Translations under genes and position numbers: made by a program
In this document: positions 8,384 to 17,612 of the stretch, piece after piece
Layout of the letters: each line of letters begins with the position of its first letter
How positions within the stretch are numbered: the stretch's first letter is position 1
Notes under the pieces: model-generated
The model's input: the letters and a program-made list of their open reading frames with translations, nothing else
What the model was told of the DNA's origin: nothing
Databases searched by the model: none
NCBI GenBank assembly: GCA_944349855.1
Contig: CALVNS010000006.1
Location: forward strand, 12,908 to 76,907
DNA from: an uncultured Eubacteriales bacterium
GTDB taxonomy: Bacteria; Bacillota; Clostridia; Christensenellales; Aristaeellaceae
Reading direction: 5' to 3'
DNA: 64,000 nt

Positions 8384-10708
8384 TCACGCATCCGCAACGC
8401 TGTACAGCTCCAGGCGGTCGATCAGTCCTTCGACGACGCCCGGGATCTCGTGGAAGTTGCGGGCGCTCAGGCGCAGGCGCAGCCTGTCCGCGTCGCCGGT
8501 CCACTTGACCGGCAGGACGAAGTCCTCGTAATAAATCTCGCCCTCAAAGTCCGCCTCCATGGACTTGGTGCCGAACGTGCGCCATTCGCCCTGCGCAAAG
8601 ACCTGCAGATCGAACAGCGGGTTGACCACATGCCCGGAAAACGGATGGATGTACATCTTCGTCGAGCCATCCAGGTACAGTCGCAGCAGCATCTCGCGCC
8701 CCGGGTGCGACGCAAGCTCAAACTCGATCTCACCCCGCTCCGAGCAGAACGTGAGCGTCGTCTGCAGCGTCGCATGCCCGTCATGCGACCCCACTTGCAT
8801 GCGCACGCCGTGCAGGCCGTGCGCCTCTCGGCTATCCGCGCAGCCGAATGCCAGCGCATCGGCAATCTCCCGCCGCGGCGGCTCGCTCAGGCGAATGTAG
8901 CCGCAATAGGTTTCATCCTTGACCAGGCGGATGGGCCTGAGCACGCGGTGGCCCGCGCCCGCGCCCTGCAGCTCGACGCAGAACGTGCACGGCTCGCCGT
9001 TGGGCACAAGCGATGCGAGCAGCTCCGCCTGGTTGCCCACGAACAGCGCATCCTGCGGCGCGCAGGCCACCAGCAGGTTCGGGCCGTAGGTGACGCTGAC
9101 GTACTCCAGGCGATCCGGCATGTGCTGCGCCGCCAGCGCAAAGGGCAGCTCCAGGCGCACCACGTCGCCCGCGCGCCACGTCCGCGCCAGCTGCACAAAG
9201 CCGTGCTCCGCGCGCTCCTCGCACGTGCCGTCCGGCAGCGTGATGCGCGCAGGGCCCTGCAGCCAGTGCGGCAGGCGCAGGCAGAGCGTCAGCTCGCCCC
9301 CGTCCAGGAACTCGAAGGCAATCCGCCCGTCATTGGGGTATTCCGTGCACTCGACGATGCGCATGCCCGTCGGCCCGTGCGTGTAGGCGCAGGGCATGTA
9401 CAGGCAGGCGTAGGCATGGGTCGCATCCTCCAGAAACGCACCCTCCGTCAGGGAAGCGTACGTCTCCGCGCCCGTTCCATAGCAGCACCAGAACGAGCCC
9501 TCCGGCGTTCCCCACTTCTTGTAGGCGCTGTTCTTCAGGTTAAGGTTGTAGATGAACATGCCCGTATCGGGGTTCTGCTGCGCGAGCACGGCATTGACAA
9601 ACCGGCGCTCCCACGCGTCTGCAACCACAGCGTCCGGCGAGATCTCCAACAGCTTGCGGTCCACGCGGTTGAGGTTGTGTGCGCAGCAGCTCTCACCGCC
9701 CTCGACGTTGTGGCGCGACTTCGTGTCCATGATGTGGAAGTAGACGCGCTTGGGATAGTTGTACAGTTCCGACTGATAGTCGGGGAATGCGCTGCGCCCC
9801 GACACGCTGCCCGTGGGCAGTTCATGCCCTTCCCGGTTGGCGCGCATGAAGCCGCGGGCCGCGTCCAGCGCTGCCTGCTCGCCGGTGATGCGATACTGAT
9901 CGACCAGCGCCTCCACATAGGGGCTTTCGGAGTTGGCGTGCTCCATGCCGTAGGCGAGGCGGTCGTCGTCCCGGAGGAACATGTCGTCGAACCAGCTGCG
10001 CCGGAAATAGCCCGCCGTCTCCAGGTCCTTGGGATCGTGCGTGTGCTCGTAGAGCATGAGAAACGCGTCCATGATGCCGCCCGCCTCGGAGAAGAACGGC
10101 TCCACACGGCGGCTGTTCGTCGTGCGCTCCCGCTCCTGCTGCGTCAGCGGCTCCATCACGGTGCGCACGCGCCCAGCCATGCGCCTGGCGCCCTCCAGCG
10201 CCTCCTCCATGCCAAACCGGCGGTAGGCGAGCAGCAGCGCCACCATGTCCTTGTGGATGTCGTACATGACCGCCTTGATGTGCGTATGCGAGTAGACGCT
10301 GTCCGTCTCCAAGCGCATGCGCCCGACGAGCAGCGCGTCGTCCTCCGGGGTGAGCATGCCTTCGGGGCAGGTCTTCGCGGTCGCCCGCTGGCATTCGAGC
10401 ATCGCTTCGACCGTGTACAGCGCGCGTTCTCGCGCCGCCGCGGCGATCGAATCATCCAACCCGGCAAAGGCGCGATGCAGGTTGCACAGCGCCCGCACAT
10501 AGTAGTAGTGATAGCTCGGCCAGCCGCCGTAGGGCTCGACGCCTCGGGTGTCCACGCCGCAGGGGATGCGGATGCAGGCGACGATGCGGTCCGGGTTGAG
10601 CGAGAGCAGCCATTGCGCGTTGCGGCGCATCTTGCGCTCGATGTCCGTGCCGGCCAGCGGGCGCACGGCCTCCGCGCCCGCGACGTGCAGCGGGGTTCGG
10701 TTGTCCAT
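8384..10708 (-). CDS. DUF1680 / glycoside hydrolase family 127-like protein (beta-L-arabinofuranosidase family)
   Basis: Large cytoplasmic protein with GGESCCAHNL and FWCCYGTGAE Cys motifs, resembling the Zn/Cys catalytic site of GH127. Start trimmed to MDNRTPL (ATG 10708) behind AAAGGAGG. Confidence 0.7.
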   Translation of the reverse strand: MDNRTPLHVAGAEAVRPLAGTDIERKMRRNAQWLLSLNPDRIVACIRIPCGVDTRGVEPYGGWPSYHYYYVRALCNLHRAFAGLDDSIAAAARERALYTVEAMLECQRATAKTCPEGMLTPEDDALLVGRMRLETDSVYSHTHIKAVMYDIHKDMVALLLAYRRFGMEEALEGARRMAGRVRTVMEPLTQQERERTTNSRRVEPFFSEAGGIMDAFLMLYEHTHDPKDLETAGYFRRSWFDDMFLRDDDRLAYGMEHANSESPYVEALVDQYRITGEQAALDAARGFMRANREGHELPTGSVSGRSAFPDYQSELYNYPKRVYFHIMDTKSRHNVEGGESCCAHNLNRVDRKLLEISPDAVVADAWERRFVNAVLAQQNPDTGMFIYNLNLKNSAYKKWGTPEGSFWCCYGTGAETYASLTEGAFLEDATHAYACLYMPCAYTHGPTGMRIVECTEYPNDGRIAFEFLDGGELTLCLRLPHWLQGPARITLPDGTCEERAEHGFVQLARTWRAGDVVRLELPFALAAQHMPDRLEYVSVTYGPNLLVACAPQDALFVGNQAELLASLVPNGEPCTFCVELQGAGAGHRVLRPIRLVKDETYCGYIRLSEPPRREIADALAFGCADSREAHGLHGVRMQVGSHDGHATLQTTLTFCSERGEIEFELASHPGREMLLRLYLDGSTKMYIHPFSGHVVNPLFDLQVFAQGEWRTFGTKSMEADFEGEIYYEDFVLPVKWTGDADRLRLRLSARNFHEIPGVVEGLIDRLELYSVADA

Positions 10709-10830
10709 GGCAATGCCTCCTTTAATGGTGGATTTTCTGGCGCGATTATACCATATCCGTGCGCAGATGCCCACAGTCCGCCGCATAGTCCGTAGCAGAA
10801 TCCACAAAGCGTAGGTCTATCCCAGCCTCT

Positions 10831-10873
10831 CAAAAAAGAGCGCGCGGGGCGCCCCGAAGGGAACCCCGCGCGC
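10831..10873 (-). terminator. rho-independent terminator after pckA
   Basis: 10-bp GC stem GCGCGCGGGG / CCCCGCGCGC (10840-10849 / 10864-10873), followed by TCTTTTTTG on the minus strand. Confidence 0.8.
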
Positions 10874-10891
10874 CGTGCGCGGTGGATGAAA

Positions 10892-12469
10892 TTACTCGGC
10901 CTTGGGGCCCGCGGCGACGACCGCCGGGTCCATGCCCTCGTACTTGGCGAAGTTCTTGACGAACATCGCGGCCAGCTTCTTGGCCTGCTCGTCATAGGCG
11001 GCCTTGTCCGCCCACATGTCGCGCGGGATCAGCACCTCAGCGGGCACGCCCGGGCAGGAGGTGGGCACCTGCACGTTGAAGATCGGGTCGGTCACGAACT
11101 CGGCCTTCTCCAGTTCGCCGTTGAGCGCAGCGGTGACCATCGCGCGGGTGTAGGGCAGCTTCATGCGGTTGCCGCCCTTGCCAGCGGGGCCGCCCGCCCA
11201 GCCGGTGTTGACCAGGTAGACGTTGGTGCCGTACTTCTCGATCTTCTCGCCCAGCATCTCGGCGTACTTGGAGGCCGGACGCGGCAGGAACGGCGCGCCG
11301 AAGCACGTGGAGAACGTGGCCTGCGGCTCGGTGACGCCGCGCTCGGTGCCGGCCAGCTTGGCGGTGTAGCCGGTCACGAAGTGGTACATGGCCGCTTCCT
11401 TGCTCAGCTTGCTCACCGGCGGCAGCACGCCGAAGGCGTCCGCCGTCAGGAAGATGACAGTCTTGGGGATGCCGCCCACGCCCGGAATCGCGGCGTTGGG
11501 GATGTACTCGACCGGGTAGCCCACGCGGGTGTTCTCCGTCACGGAGCCGTCGTTGAAGTCGAACACGCCGTTCTCGTCGATGGTGACGTTCTCCACCAGG
11601 GAGCCGAACTTGATCGCATTCCAGATGAAGGGCTCATGCTCCTTGGACAGGTTGATGCACTTGGCGTAGCAGCCGCCCTCGATGTTGAAGATGCCGTTCT
11701 CGCTCCAGCCATGCTCGTCGTCGCCGATGAGCTTGCGGTTCGGGTCGGCGGACAGCGTGGTCTTGCCGGTGCCGGACAGGCCGAAGAACACGGCGGTATC
11801 GCCCTCGTCGCCCATGTTGGCCGAGCAGTGCATCGGCAGCACGCCGTCGGCCGGGAGCAGGAAGTTCATGACGGAGAAGACGGACTTCTTCATCTCGCCC
11901 GCATACTGGCTGCCGGCGATGACGACGACCTTCTTCTCAAAGTTGACGCAGATGGCGGCCTCGGAGTGCACGCCGTCCAGCTCGGGGATGCACTTGCAGC
12001 CCGGCGCGCAGATGACGGTGAAGTCCTCGGAGAAGTTGGCGAACTCCTCCGCCGTGGGGCGGATGAGCAGGTCATGCATGAACATGTTCTGAGAGGCCAG
12101 CTCATTGATCACGCGGATGCCGCGGCGGTAGGTGTGATCCGCGCCGGCAAAGCCGTCGAACACGAAGACCTCGCGGTTTTGCAGGTAGGTGGCCACGCGC
12201 GTAAGGATTTTATCAAACTTCTCGGGGGTCATCGGCACGTTGATCTTGCCCCAGGCGATCTCGTCGTGGATCGAGGGGGTGTCGACCACGTAGCGGTCTT
12301 CCGGCGAACGGCCGGTGTACTTGCCGGTCATGACGGCCAGCGCGCCCGTCTCGGACAGCACGCCCTCGCCGCGCTCCAGGGCCTTCTCGGTCAGGCTGGC
12401 GACGGACAGGTTGTGGTAGACCTTCGTGGGGTTGATGATGCCCCACTTTTCGAGGTTGACGGTGCTCAT
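10892..12469 (-). CDS. pckA: phosphoenolpyruvate carboxykinase (ATP)
   Basis: [16 protein letters not shown], kinase-1a [14 protein letters not shown], and full-length resemblance to ATP-PEPCK. Start at MSTVNLEK (ATG 12469) behind GGAGGG. Confidence 0.95.
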   Translation of the reverse strand: MSTVNLEKWGIINPTKVYHNLSVASLTEKALERGEGVLSETGALAVMTGKYTGRSPEDRYVVDTPSIHDEIAWGKINVPMTPEKFDKILTRVATYLQNREVFVFDGFAGADHTYRRGIRVINELASQNMFMHDLLIRPTAEEFANFSEDFTVICAPGCKCIPELDGVHSEAAICVNFEKKVVVIAGSQYAGEMKKSVFSVMNFLLPADGVLPMHCSANMGDEGDTAVFFGLSGTGKTTLSADPNRKLIGDDEHGWSENGIFNIEGGCYAKCINLSKEHEPFIWNAIKFGSLVENVTIDENGVFDFNDGSVTENTRVGYPVEYIPNAAIPGVGGIPKTVIFLTADAFGVLPPVSKLSKEAAMYHFVTGYTAKLAGTERGVTEPQATFSTCFGAPFLPRPASKYAEMLGEKIEKYGTNVYLVNTGWAGGPAGKGGNRMKLPYTRAMVTAALNGELEKAEFVTDPIFNVQVPTSCPGVPAEVLIPRDMWADKAAYDEQAKKLAAMFVKNFAKYEGMDPAVVAAGPKAE

Positions 12470-12640
12470 TTCTGATGTCCCTCCATGCGTTTTTGTCACA
12501 TCCGCACCGCAGCGCGGACAGGAAGATTGCAACATGGGCAAGCCGGATCTGATAGAAAATCCAATCCTTACCCTCATTGTTATATTTTCGACGAAAAACC
12601 TGTTTTTCCTCCCGGACTCGAAAAGAAATCAAAAAAATTT

Positions 12641-13492
12641 TTAGATTTTCTTGATTTGCGCCAGCGCCTGCGCGATGGCGGCAAACGCCTGCACGGAGAG
12701 CGTCTCGCCGCGCGCCGCGGGCTCGATGCCGGCGGCCTCCAGACAGGCCTGGGCCTGCTCGCGCGTCAGGCCGAAGGCGGGCTGCAGGTTGTTCAGCATC
12801 GTCTTGCGCCGCATCGCAAACGCCGCGCGCGCCACGCGCATCGTCAGGCCGGCGTCAGCCTCCGGCACGGGCGGCCGTTCACGCATGTCCAGCACCATAA
12901 AGGAGGAGTCCACCTTCGGCTGCGGTATAAAATATGCAGCGGGTACCGCGAGCGCCTCGCGCGCCTTAGCATGCCAGGCGCACAGCACCGACAGCAGGCA
13001 GTAGGCCGCATCTCCCGGCTGCGCCATCAGCTTCTCGCCGACCTCGCGCTGGACCATGACGGCAATGCGCGCCACGGGCAACCCCTCGGTCAACAGGCGC
13101 GTAAGCACCGGCGTGGTCACATAATAGGGCAGGTTGGCCACAACGAGAAACGGCCGCCCCTCGCCAAAGGCCTGCGCCGCCAGCCCACACAGGTCCGCCC
13201 GGGTCGCGTCGCCCTGCACGAGCGTCACGTTGCCGCGGCCGGCCAGCGCGTCTTGCAGCACGGGTATCAACGAGCGGTCGAGCTCCAGCGCCAGCACCCG
13301 GTGCGCGCGCGCCGCCAGACGGGCGGTCAGCGTGCCGCTGCCGGGGCCGATCTCCAGCACGTCGTCCTGCGCCGTCACGCCGGCAGCCTCCGCCAGGCGG
13401 TCCAACAGCGCCTCGTCAAAGATGAAATTCTGTCCCAGGCTGTGCTTGAAGCGAAATCCGTGCTTCGCCACCGCCTCCTCATGTCGTCCCAT
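12641..13492 (-). CDS. rsmA: 16S rRNA (adenine1518/1519-N6)-dimethyltransferase
   Basis: KHSLGQNFI and SAM motif VLEIGPGSGTLT. Typical length of 283 aa. Confidence 0.95.
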   Translation of the reverse strand: MGRHEEAVAKHGFRFKHSLGQNFIFDEALLDRLAEAAGVTAQDDVLEIGPGSGTLTARLAARAHRVLALELDRSLIPVLQDALAGRGNVTLVQGDATRADLCGLAAQAFGEGRPFLVVANLPYYVTTPVLTRLLTEGLPVARIAVMVQREVGEKLMAQPGDAAYCLLSVLCAWHAKAREALAVPAAYFIPQPKVDSSFMVLDMRERPPVPEADAGLTMRVARAAFAMRRKTMLNNLQPAFGLTREQAQACLEAAGIEPAARGETLSVQAFAAIAQALAQIKKI

Positions 13493-14024
13493 GCGCGTCC
13501 TCCTCTCTGCGCGGAAGCATCATCGCATACAGCAGGCGCACAGCGCCCGCAATGAGCAGCAGGTCTCCCACGCTGGCAAATCCGCCGGCCAGCGGGATGA
13601 CGTCGCCCAGCCATGCCAGGCGCGTGGACGCATCCTGCAGCGCATAGCCGTAGATCTCCCCTGCCGCGAGCATTCCGGCCGCCTGCGATGTGGACGACAC
13701 GGGCATGCAAAACCCGTTGAGCGCGATGACGGCGAAGTTGCACAGCGCGCCCGCGCCTGCAATCCATGCGCCGGGATCAAAGCGCCGGTTGAGCCAGGCG
13801 AACAGCAGCAGCGCCGCATATTGGATCAGCACCTGCAGGGCGAGCGCACCCTCCGGAAGCCGGACAAACCGGGAGGCTGCCTGAAAGGCAGCCTCCAGCA
13901 AAAAAGCCAAGATGGGCAGGGCGAGCGCGGCGACGTCGCTGCGGGCGATCTGGCCCAGGCCGCCGCCCCTGCGCCGCGCCAGCAGCAGGCACAGCAGGGC
14001 CGGCATGGCCGCCAGGATGAGCAT
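13479..14024 (-). CDS. small polytopic membrane protein, DUF5317-like
   Basis: About 181 aa, hydrophobic throughout. C-terminal ...NGFCMPV...LAWLGDVIPL... pattern, as I recall it for DUF5317 proteins that accompany HD-GYP genes. ATG 14024 follows a GGAGG RBS. The 3' end overlaps the rsmA start by 14 nt. Confidence 0.6.
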   Translation of the reverse strand: MLILAAMPALLCLLLARRRGGGLGQIARSDVAALALPILAFLLEAAFQAASRFVRLPEGALALQVLIQYAALLLFAWLNRRFDPGAWIAGAGALCNFAVIALNGFCMPVSSTSQAAGMLAAGEIYGYALQDASTRLAWLGDVIPLAGGFASVGDLLLIAGAVRLLYAMMLPRREEDAHGTT

Positions 14025-14061
14025 CACAATGGCATTCCTCCGTTTTCCGAGCCCGGGCAGC

Positions 14062-15345
14062 TCAAGGCAGGTCGAGCGTGCGGGCCACCTCTTCCATCGC
14101 GGCGACGACCTCGCTGTGAAACTGGTTGCCCGCTTCCGCACGCAGCGCGTCCAGCGCACGCGCCTTGGGCATTGCCTTTCGATATGGACGGTCGCTCGTC
14201 ATCGCATCAAACGCGTCCGCAATGGAGAGGATGGCCACCTCCAACGGCAGTTCAGACAGCGGTTTGCCGTCGGGGTAGCCCTTTCCGTCGAAGCGCTCGT
14301 GATGGTGCAGGATCGCCTGTTTGGCCGTCTCTGCGATGTTCAGCGAGCTGATGATCCGATAGCCGATCACAGGATGCTGGCGCACGATCGCCCATTCGTC
14401 CTCGTCCAGCGGTCCATGCTTGTGGAGCACCTGATCGTTGACGCCGATCTTGCCGATGTCATGCAGCAATGCAGCCACGCGCAAATCGGCAATCCGCTTG
14501 TGCGGCAGGTTCATCACCTGCGCAATGCGCACGGCATATTCGCTCACGCGGCGCGAATGGCCCTCGGTATAGGGATCCTTGACTTCAATGGCGCTGGAGA
14601 GTGCGGCGATCATGTTGATGTATTGCTCTTTGCTCTCTACGTACAATTTGAACGAATACCTTGCCAGCAGCAGCGGCAGCATGAAAATGGCCAGCAGATA
14701 TTCGCCGCCCGGCAGCTTGAGCATATAGGCCAACAGGATGCCGATGGGCATCGTCGCCAGGATGTTGGGCAGGATGCCCACGATGTTCTCGCGCAGGTTG
14801 CCGCGGATGTCCTCTCCGCCCAATGCAAAGAGCACGAGCAGCAGCAATAGGTTGACCACCATGACGACCGCGGAAAACAGCGTGCTGGGCAGGATCGAAT
14901 ACGGGATGCGAAAGCCCGAATTGTTGCCGCCCAGGAGGATGAATACCACGTTGGCAAAGGACAGCGCGATCAACACGATGCAGGTATTGAAGAGCAGCTG
15001 GACCGGCCGGTGCAGGAGGCTCAGGCCCAGCTTTTGCGTCCGGCCCTCGCGCGCAAACATGAGCGGCGTGCTCAGCGCGTAGAGCAGCTGCACGACCGAC
15101 GCCTCCATCGTCAGAACGGCCGCCAACACGATGATGAAGGAGACGTCCACGATGTGCTCTTCAGACAATTGCAACGGTATGGAGCGAAAGACGGTCATCA
15201 GCATCAGCATGATGACCATCTGCGGCAACGCCTTGGCCACCCCCTCCTGACGGACGATCAGCACCGTGGGCAGGACATCCACAGCCGTGATCAACAGACC
15301 CATGAGGAAGATGAAGGCAATATAGACCTTTTGGCTCTTATTCAT
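14062..15345 (-). CDS. membrane-anchored HD-GYP domain protein (putative c-di-GMP phosphodiesterase)
   Basis: About 230-aa multi-TM N-terminus. Then HSRRV, AALLHDIGK, HHERFDGKGYP and DAFDAMTSDRPYR, the canonical HD-GYP signature. Confidence 0.9.
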   Translation of the reverse strand: MNKSQKVYIAFIFLMGLLITAVDVLPTVLIVRQEGVAKALPQMVIMLMLMTVFRSIPLQLSEEHIVDVSFIIVLAAVLTMEASVVQLLYALSTPLMFAREGRTQKLGLSLLHRPVQLLFNTCIVLIALSFANVVFILLGGNNSGFRIPYSILPSTLFSAVVMVVNLLLLLVLFALGGEDIRGNLRENIVGILPNILATMPIGILLAYMLKLPGGEYLLAIFMLPLLLARYSFKLYVESKEQYINMIAALSSAIEVKDPYTEGHSRRVSEYAVRIAQVMNLPHKRIADLRVAALLHDIGKIGVNDQVLHKHGPLDEDEWAIVRQHPVIGYRIISSLNIAETAKQAILHHHERFDGKGYPDGKPLSELPLEVAILSIADAFDAMTSDRPYRKAMPKARALDALRAEAGNQFHSEVVAAMEEVARTLDLP

Positions 15346-15449
15346 CAGCTACCTCCGCCTGCCGCGGTGGCACAAACAGGTCCGTACGAGGGCCGTAAGT
15401 ATGATGGAAACAGATCCGGCCGCATGGTTTCAAAAATCCTACCTAACGA

Positions 15450-15536
15450 TTAGTACTTCCAGTTCCAGCCAAAGAAGGCGCCGGAAGAGAGCAGGAACGC
15501 AGCCACCGCCGAAACGGCCAGCATGATCTTCTTCAC
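15450..15536 (-). CDS. candidate 28-aa hydrophobic micro-protein (V/MKKIMLAVSAVAAFLLSSGAFFGWNWKY)
   Basis: My own translation; below the ORF-track cut-off. GTG at 15534-15536 lies 9 nt after a perfect AGGAGG. There is an in-frame ATG at 15522-15524 and a TAA stop at 15450-15452. Single predicted TM helix with an aromatic C-terminus. Confidence 0.35.
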   Translation of the reverse strand: MKKIMLAVSAVAAFLLSSGAFFGWNWKY

Positions 15537-15691
15537 GATATATAGCCTCCTGTTTCACAGGCTCTGCTTACCGCTAGTTGAGCAGGCTATATCCGCTACG
15601 CTTTCAAAGATGCCGTTGTGGCCGGATCTATTTCGTCAAAAGATAAGGAAGGGATTGCACAAATGATCGTCTTGCATAAGGGAGGGGTTTG

Positions 15692-16366
15692 TCAAAGGGA
15701 GCGTTTGATGTACCCCACGCGGCGGTTGACTGCATCCATCGTGGCCTTGACGACCGCCTTGTCCGCATCGTCGCGCAGGAACGCGCCGCCCAGGAGCAGT
15801 TCAGGCCCCTTGACGCAGTTGACGCTCACCAGAACCGCCGCGCGTCCGCTGATCTGCGCTGACTGCACATCCACCAGCTCGAACGCAGGCGCGCCCATGA
15901 ATTCGTTGATCGCGCCGACCGTGGCCATGGCGACCATGCGTTGGCGGGAAAACACGCCGCTTTGGCAGGAAGCCAGGCCTTCATACTCGCGGCCGCCGCA
16001 GCCCAATCGCACGCCGACGGACATGCTGTCGCGCTGGCTGTGCAGATCGATGCCTTCATACAGGAGCCGGACGTTCTGCGCGGCCCGCTCATCCTGCTGT
16101 CCGCCTTCCAGCGGAATCCGCGCCACGCTGATGACGCGGTAGTCGACCTCCGCGTCAAAGGCGGCCATCAGGGCGGATTGAATGTCGCGCGTCACCTGCT
16201 TGGCCGTGCGCCGTTCGTCTGCGATGACGTGAATCTCCTCGACCTCGCCGCGCTCGCCAAAAACCACGCGCGCGGACTGCACGCCGTCAATTTTGCATAT
16301 CAGGTTTTTCCAGGCGACTTCTCTACTCATCTCCGGCGAGCGCGCTTCGCTTTCCGACACGTTCAT
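15692..16366 (-). CDS. uncharacterised soluble two-domain protein
   Basis: ORF 15692..16414, with non-random, non-GC-artefact composition. I did not recognise a family. The start is uncertain (ATG 16366, 16390 or 16414). Confidence 0.6.
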   Translation of the reverse strand: MNVSESEARSPEMSREVAWKNLICKIDGVQSARVVFGERGEVEEIHVIADERRTAKQVTRDIQSALMAAFDAEVDYRVISVARIPLEGGQQDERAAQNVRLLYEGIDLHSQRDSMSVGVRLGCGGREYEGLASCQSGVFSRQRMVAMATVGAINEFMGAPAFELVDVQSAQISGRAAVLVSVNCVKGPELLLGGAFLRDDADKAVVKATMDAVNRRVGYIKRSL

Positions 16367-16521
16367 CAGCCCCTGTCCATCTTCTCCCATAAAAACAATA
16401 TTAGCATACCACATCGCCTGTTAATCCGCAAGGATATTTTTGTGTGCCGCCTCCAAAAAAGGAATTTTTTCCACAAAAAGCGGGCATCCGCACATCATCT
16501 GCGCGAATGCCCTCGCGCGCC

Positions 16522-17391
16522 TCAGCGCGCCCGTTTTTCCCCGATGTAGATGAGCCCTGCAGCGTCCGGACCCGTGTTGGACGCCACCGCCGCGCCCAAA
16601 AAGCCCGTAAATGCCGGCGGATATCCGACGGCCTTCTCGCATGCCTCGGCATACGCCCGAATGTAACGCTCATCCGTCGCGGCGATGCCATAGGCACCCC
16701 CCTCGACGATGCGCGCGCGCATCAGCGACGCTGCGACGCTGGCGACGGCCTTTTCACCGCGCACCTTGCGCACGACCTCGGACACGCCGTCGTTGAGCGT
16801 AAAGATCGGATGCAGGCCGAGCAGCTCGCCCGCAATGGCAGCTGCCGCCGAAACGCGGCCGGACTTTCGGATGACCTTGAGCGAATAGGCGGCCAACAGA
16901 ATCTCCGTGCGAGCGAACGTATCCTCCAGCCGCGCCACCACCTCGTCCATGGGCGTTCCGGCACGCAGCGCCTGCGCCGCCTGGACGACGGGATATCCAT
17001 ATCCCAGCGAATAGCAATGGCTGTCGACGATGTGTACGCGCAGGGCGCTTTCAGGGCGCTCCTCGCGCAGCTGCGCGACCGCCTGATGGGCGACGGCGTT
17101 CGTCGCCGAACCGGTTGAATTGATGCTCACATAGAGTACCTGTTCTACGCCCGCATCGTCGTACGCCTTGAACTGTTCCAGGAACTCATGCGCGGTCACC
17201 TGGGATGTGGTCGGAACGCCCTTGGCATTGCGCAGCATCTCGTAGTATTCCTGCGGGGTGAAGTCCTCCCGCTCCGTATAGGCGTTGCCGTCCAGCGCGA
17301 TCTTGAAGTTGACGATATCGATCTCGTTTTCCCTTTGCATCTCCTCTGACAGGTCGCAGGCTGAATCGGTCAAAACTGCGATCTTCTCCAT
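16522..17391 (-). CDS. DegV family fatty-acid-binding protein
   Basis: MEKIAVLTDSACDL..., PTTSQV, and a 289-aa length are typical of DegV. Confidence 0.9.
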   Translation of the reverse strand: MEKIAVLTDSACDLSEEMQRENEIDIVNFKIALDGNAYTEREDFTPQEYYEMLRNAKGVPTTSQVTAHEFLEQFKAYDDAGVEQVLYVSINSTGSATNAVAHQAVAQLREERPESALRVHIVDSHCYSLGYGYPVVQAAQALRAGTPMDEVVARLEDTFARTEILLAAYSLKVIRKSGRVSAAAAIAGELLGLHPIFTLNDGVSEVVRKVRGEKAVASVAASLMRARIVEGGAYGIAATDERYIRAYAEACEKAVGYPPAFTGFLGAAVASNTGPDAAGLIYIGEKRAR

Positions 17392-17546
17392 CCAATCATC
17401 CTTTCCTTTCTGTCGGTCCAGTGCCCCAAATTGAAAAAGTGCAAATAAAATAAAGCGGGGCGCAATGCCTTTTTATTCTACACCCTACAAGGCCTTTTTG
17501 CAATCGTCCCGTGCACATCCGCGGGCACGTGTTGCCGATGTTTCGT

Positions 17547-17575
17547 TTGCAAAAAGCCCCAAAATACGCTATACT
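17547..17575 (+). promoter_or_regulatory. sigma-A-type promoter for the DUF1622 gene
   Basis: TTGCAA (17547-17552), 17-nt spacer, TATACT (17570-17575), about 38 nt upstream of ATG 17613. Confidence 0.5.
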
Positions 17576-17612
17576 CATAGACGGCGAATACGTTGGGAGG
17601 GAGGGACGATTC

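Noticed and set aside
8450-10795. 781-aa plus-strand ORF antisense to the GH127-like gene
   Set aside because: Its composition is extremely Arg/Ala/Gly/His/Leu-rich, and it has no motifs and no RBS. It is a typical stop-codon-poor shadow frame in GC-rich DNA, whereas the opposite strand encodes a protein with clear family motifs.
12470-12640. TTTCGTCGAAA near-palindrome and long leader upstream of pckA as a cre / 0A site
   Set aside because: It does not match the cre consensus (TGNAANCGNTNNCA). It is a single short 5-bp-arm palindrome in AT-rich DNA, which could easily be chance.
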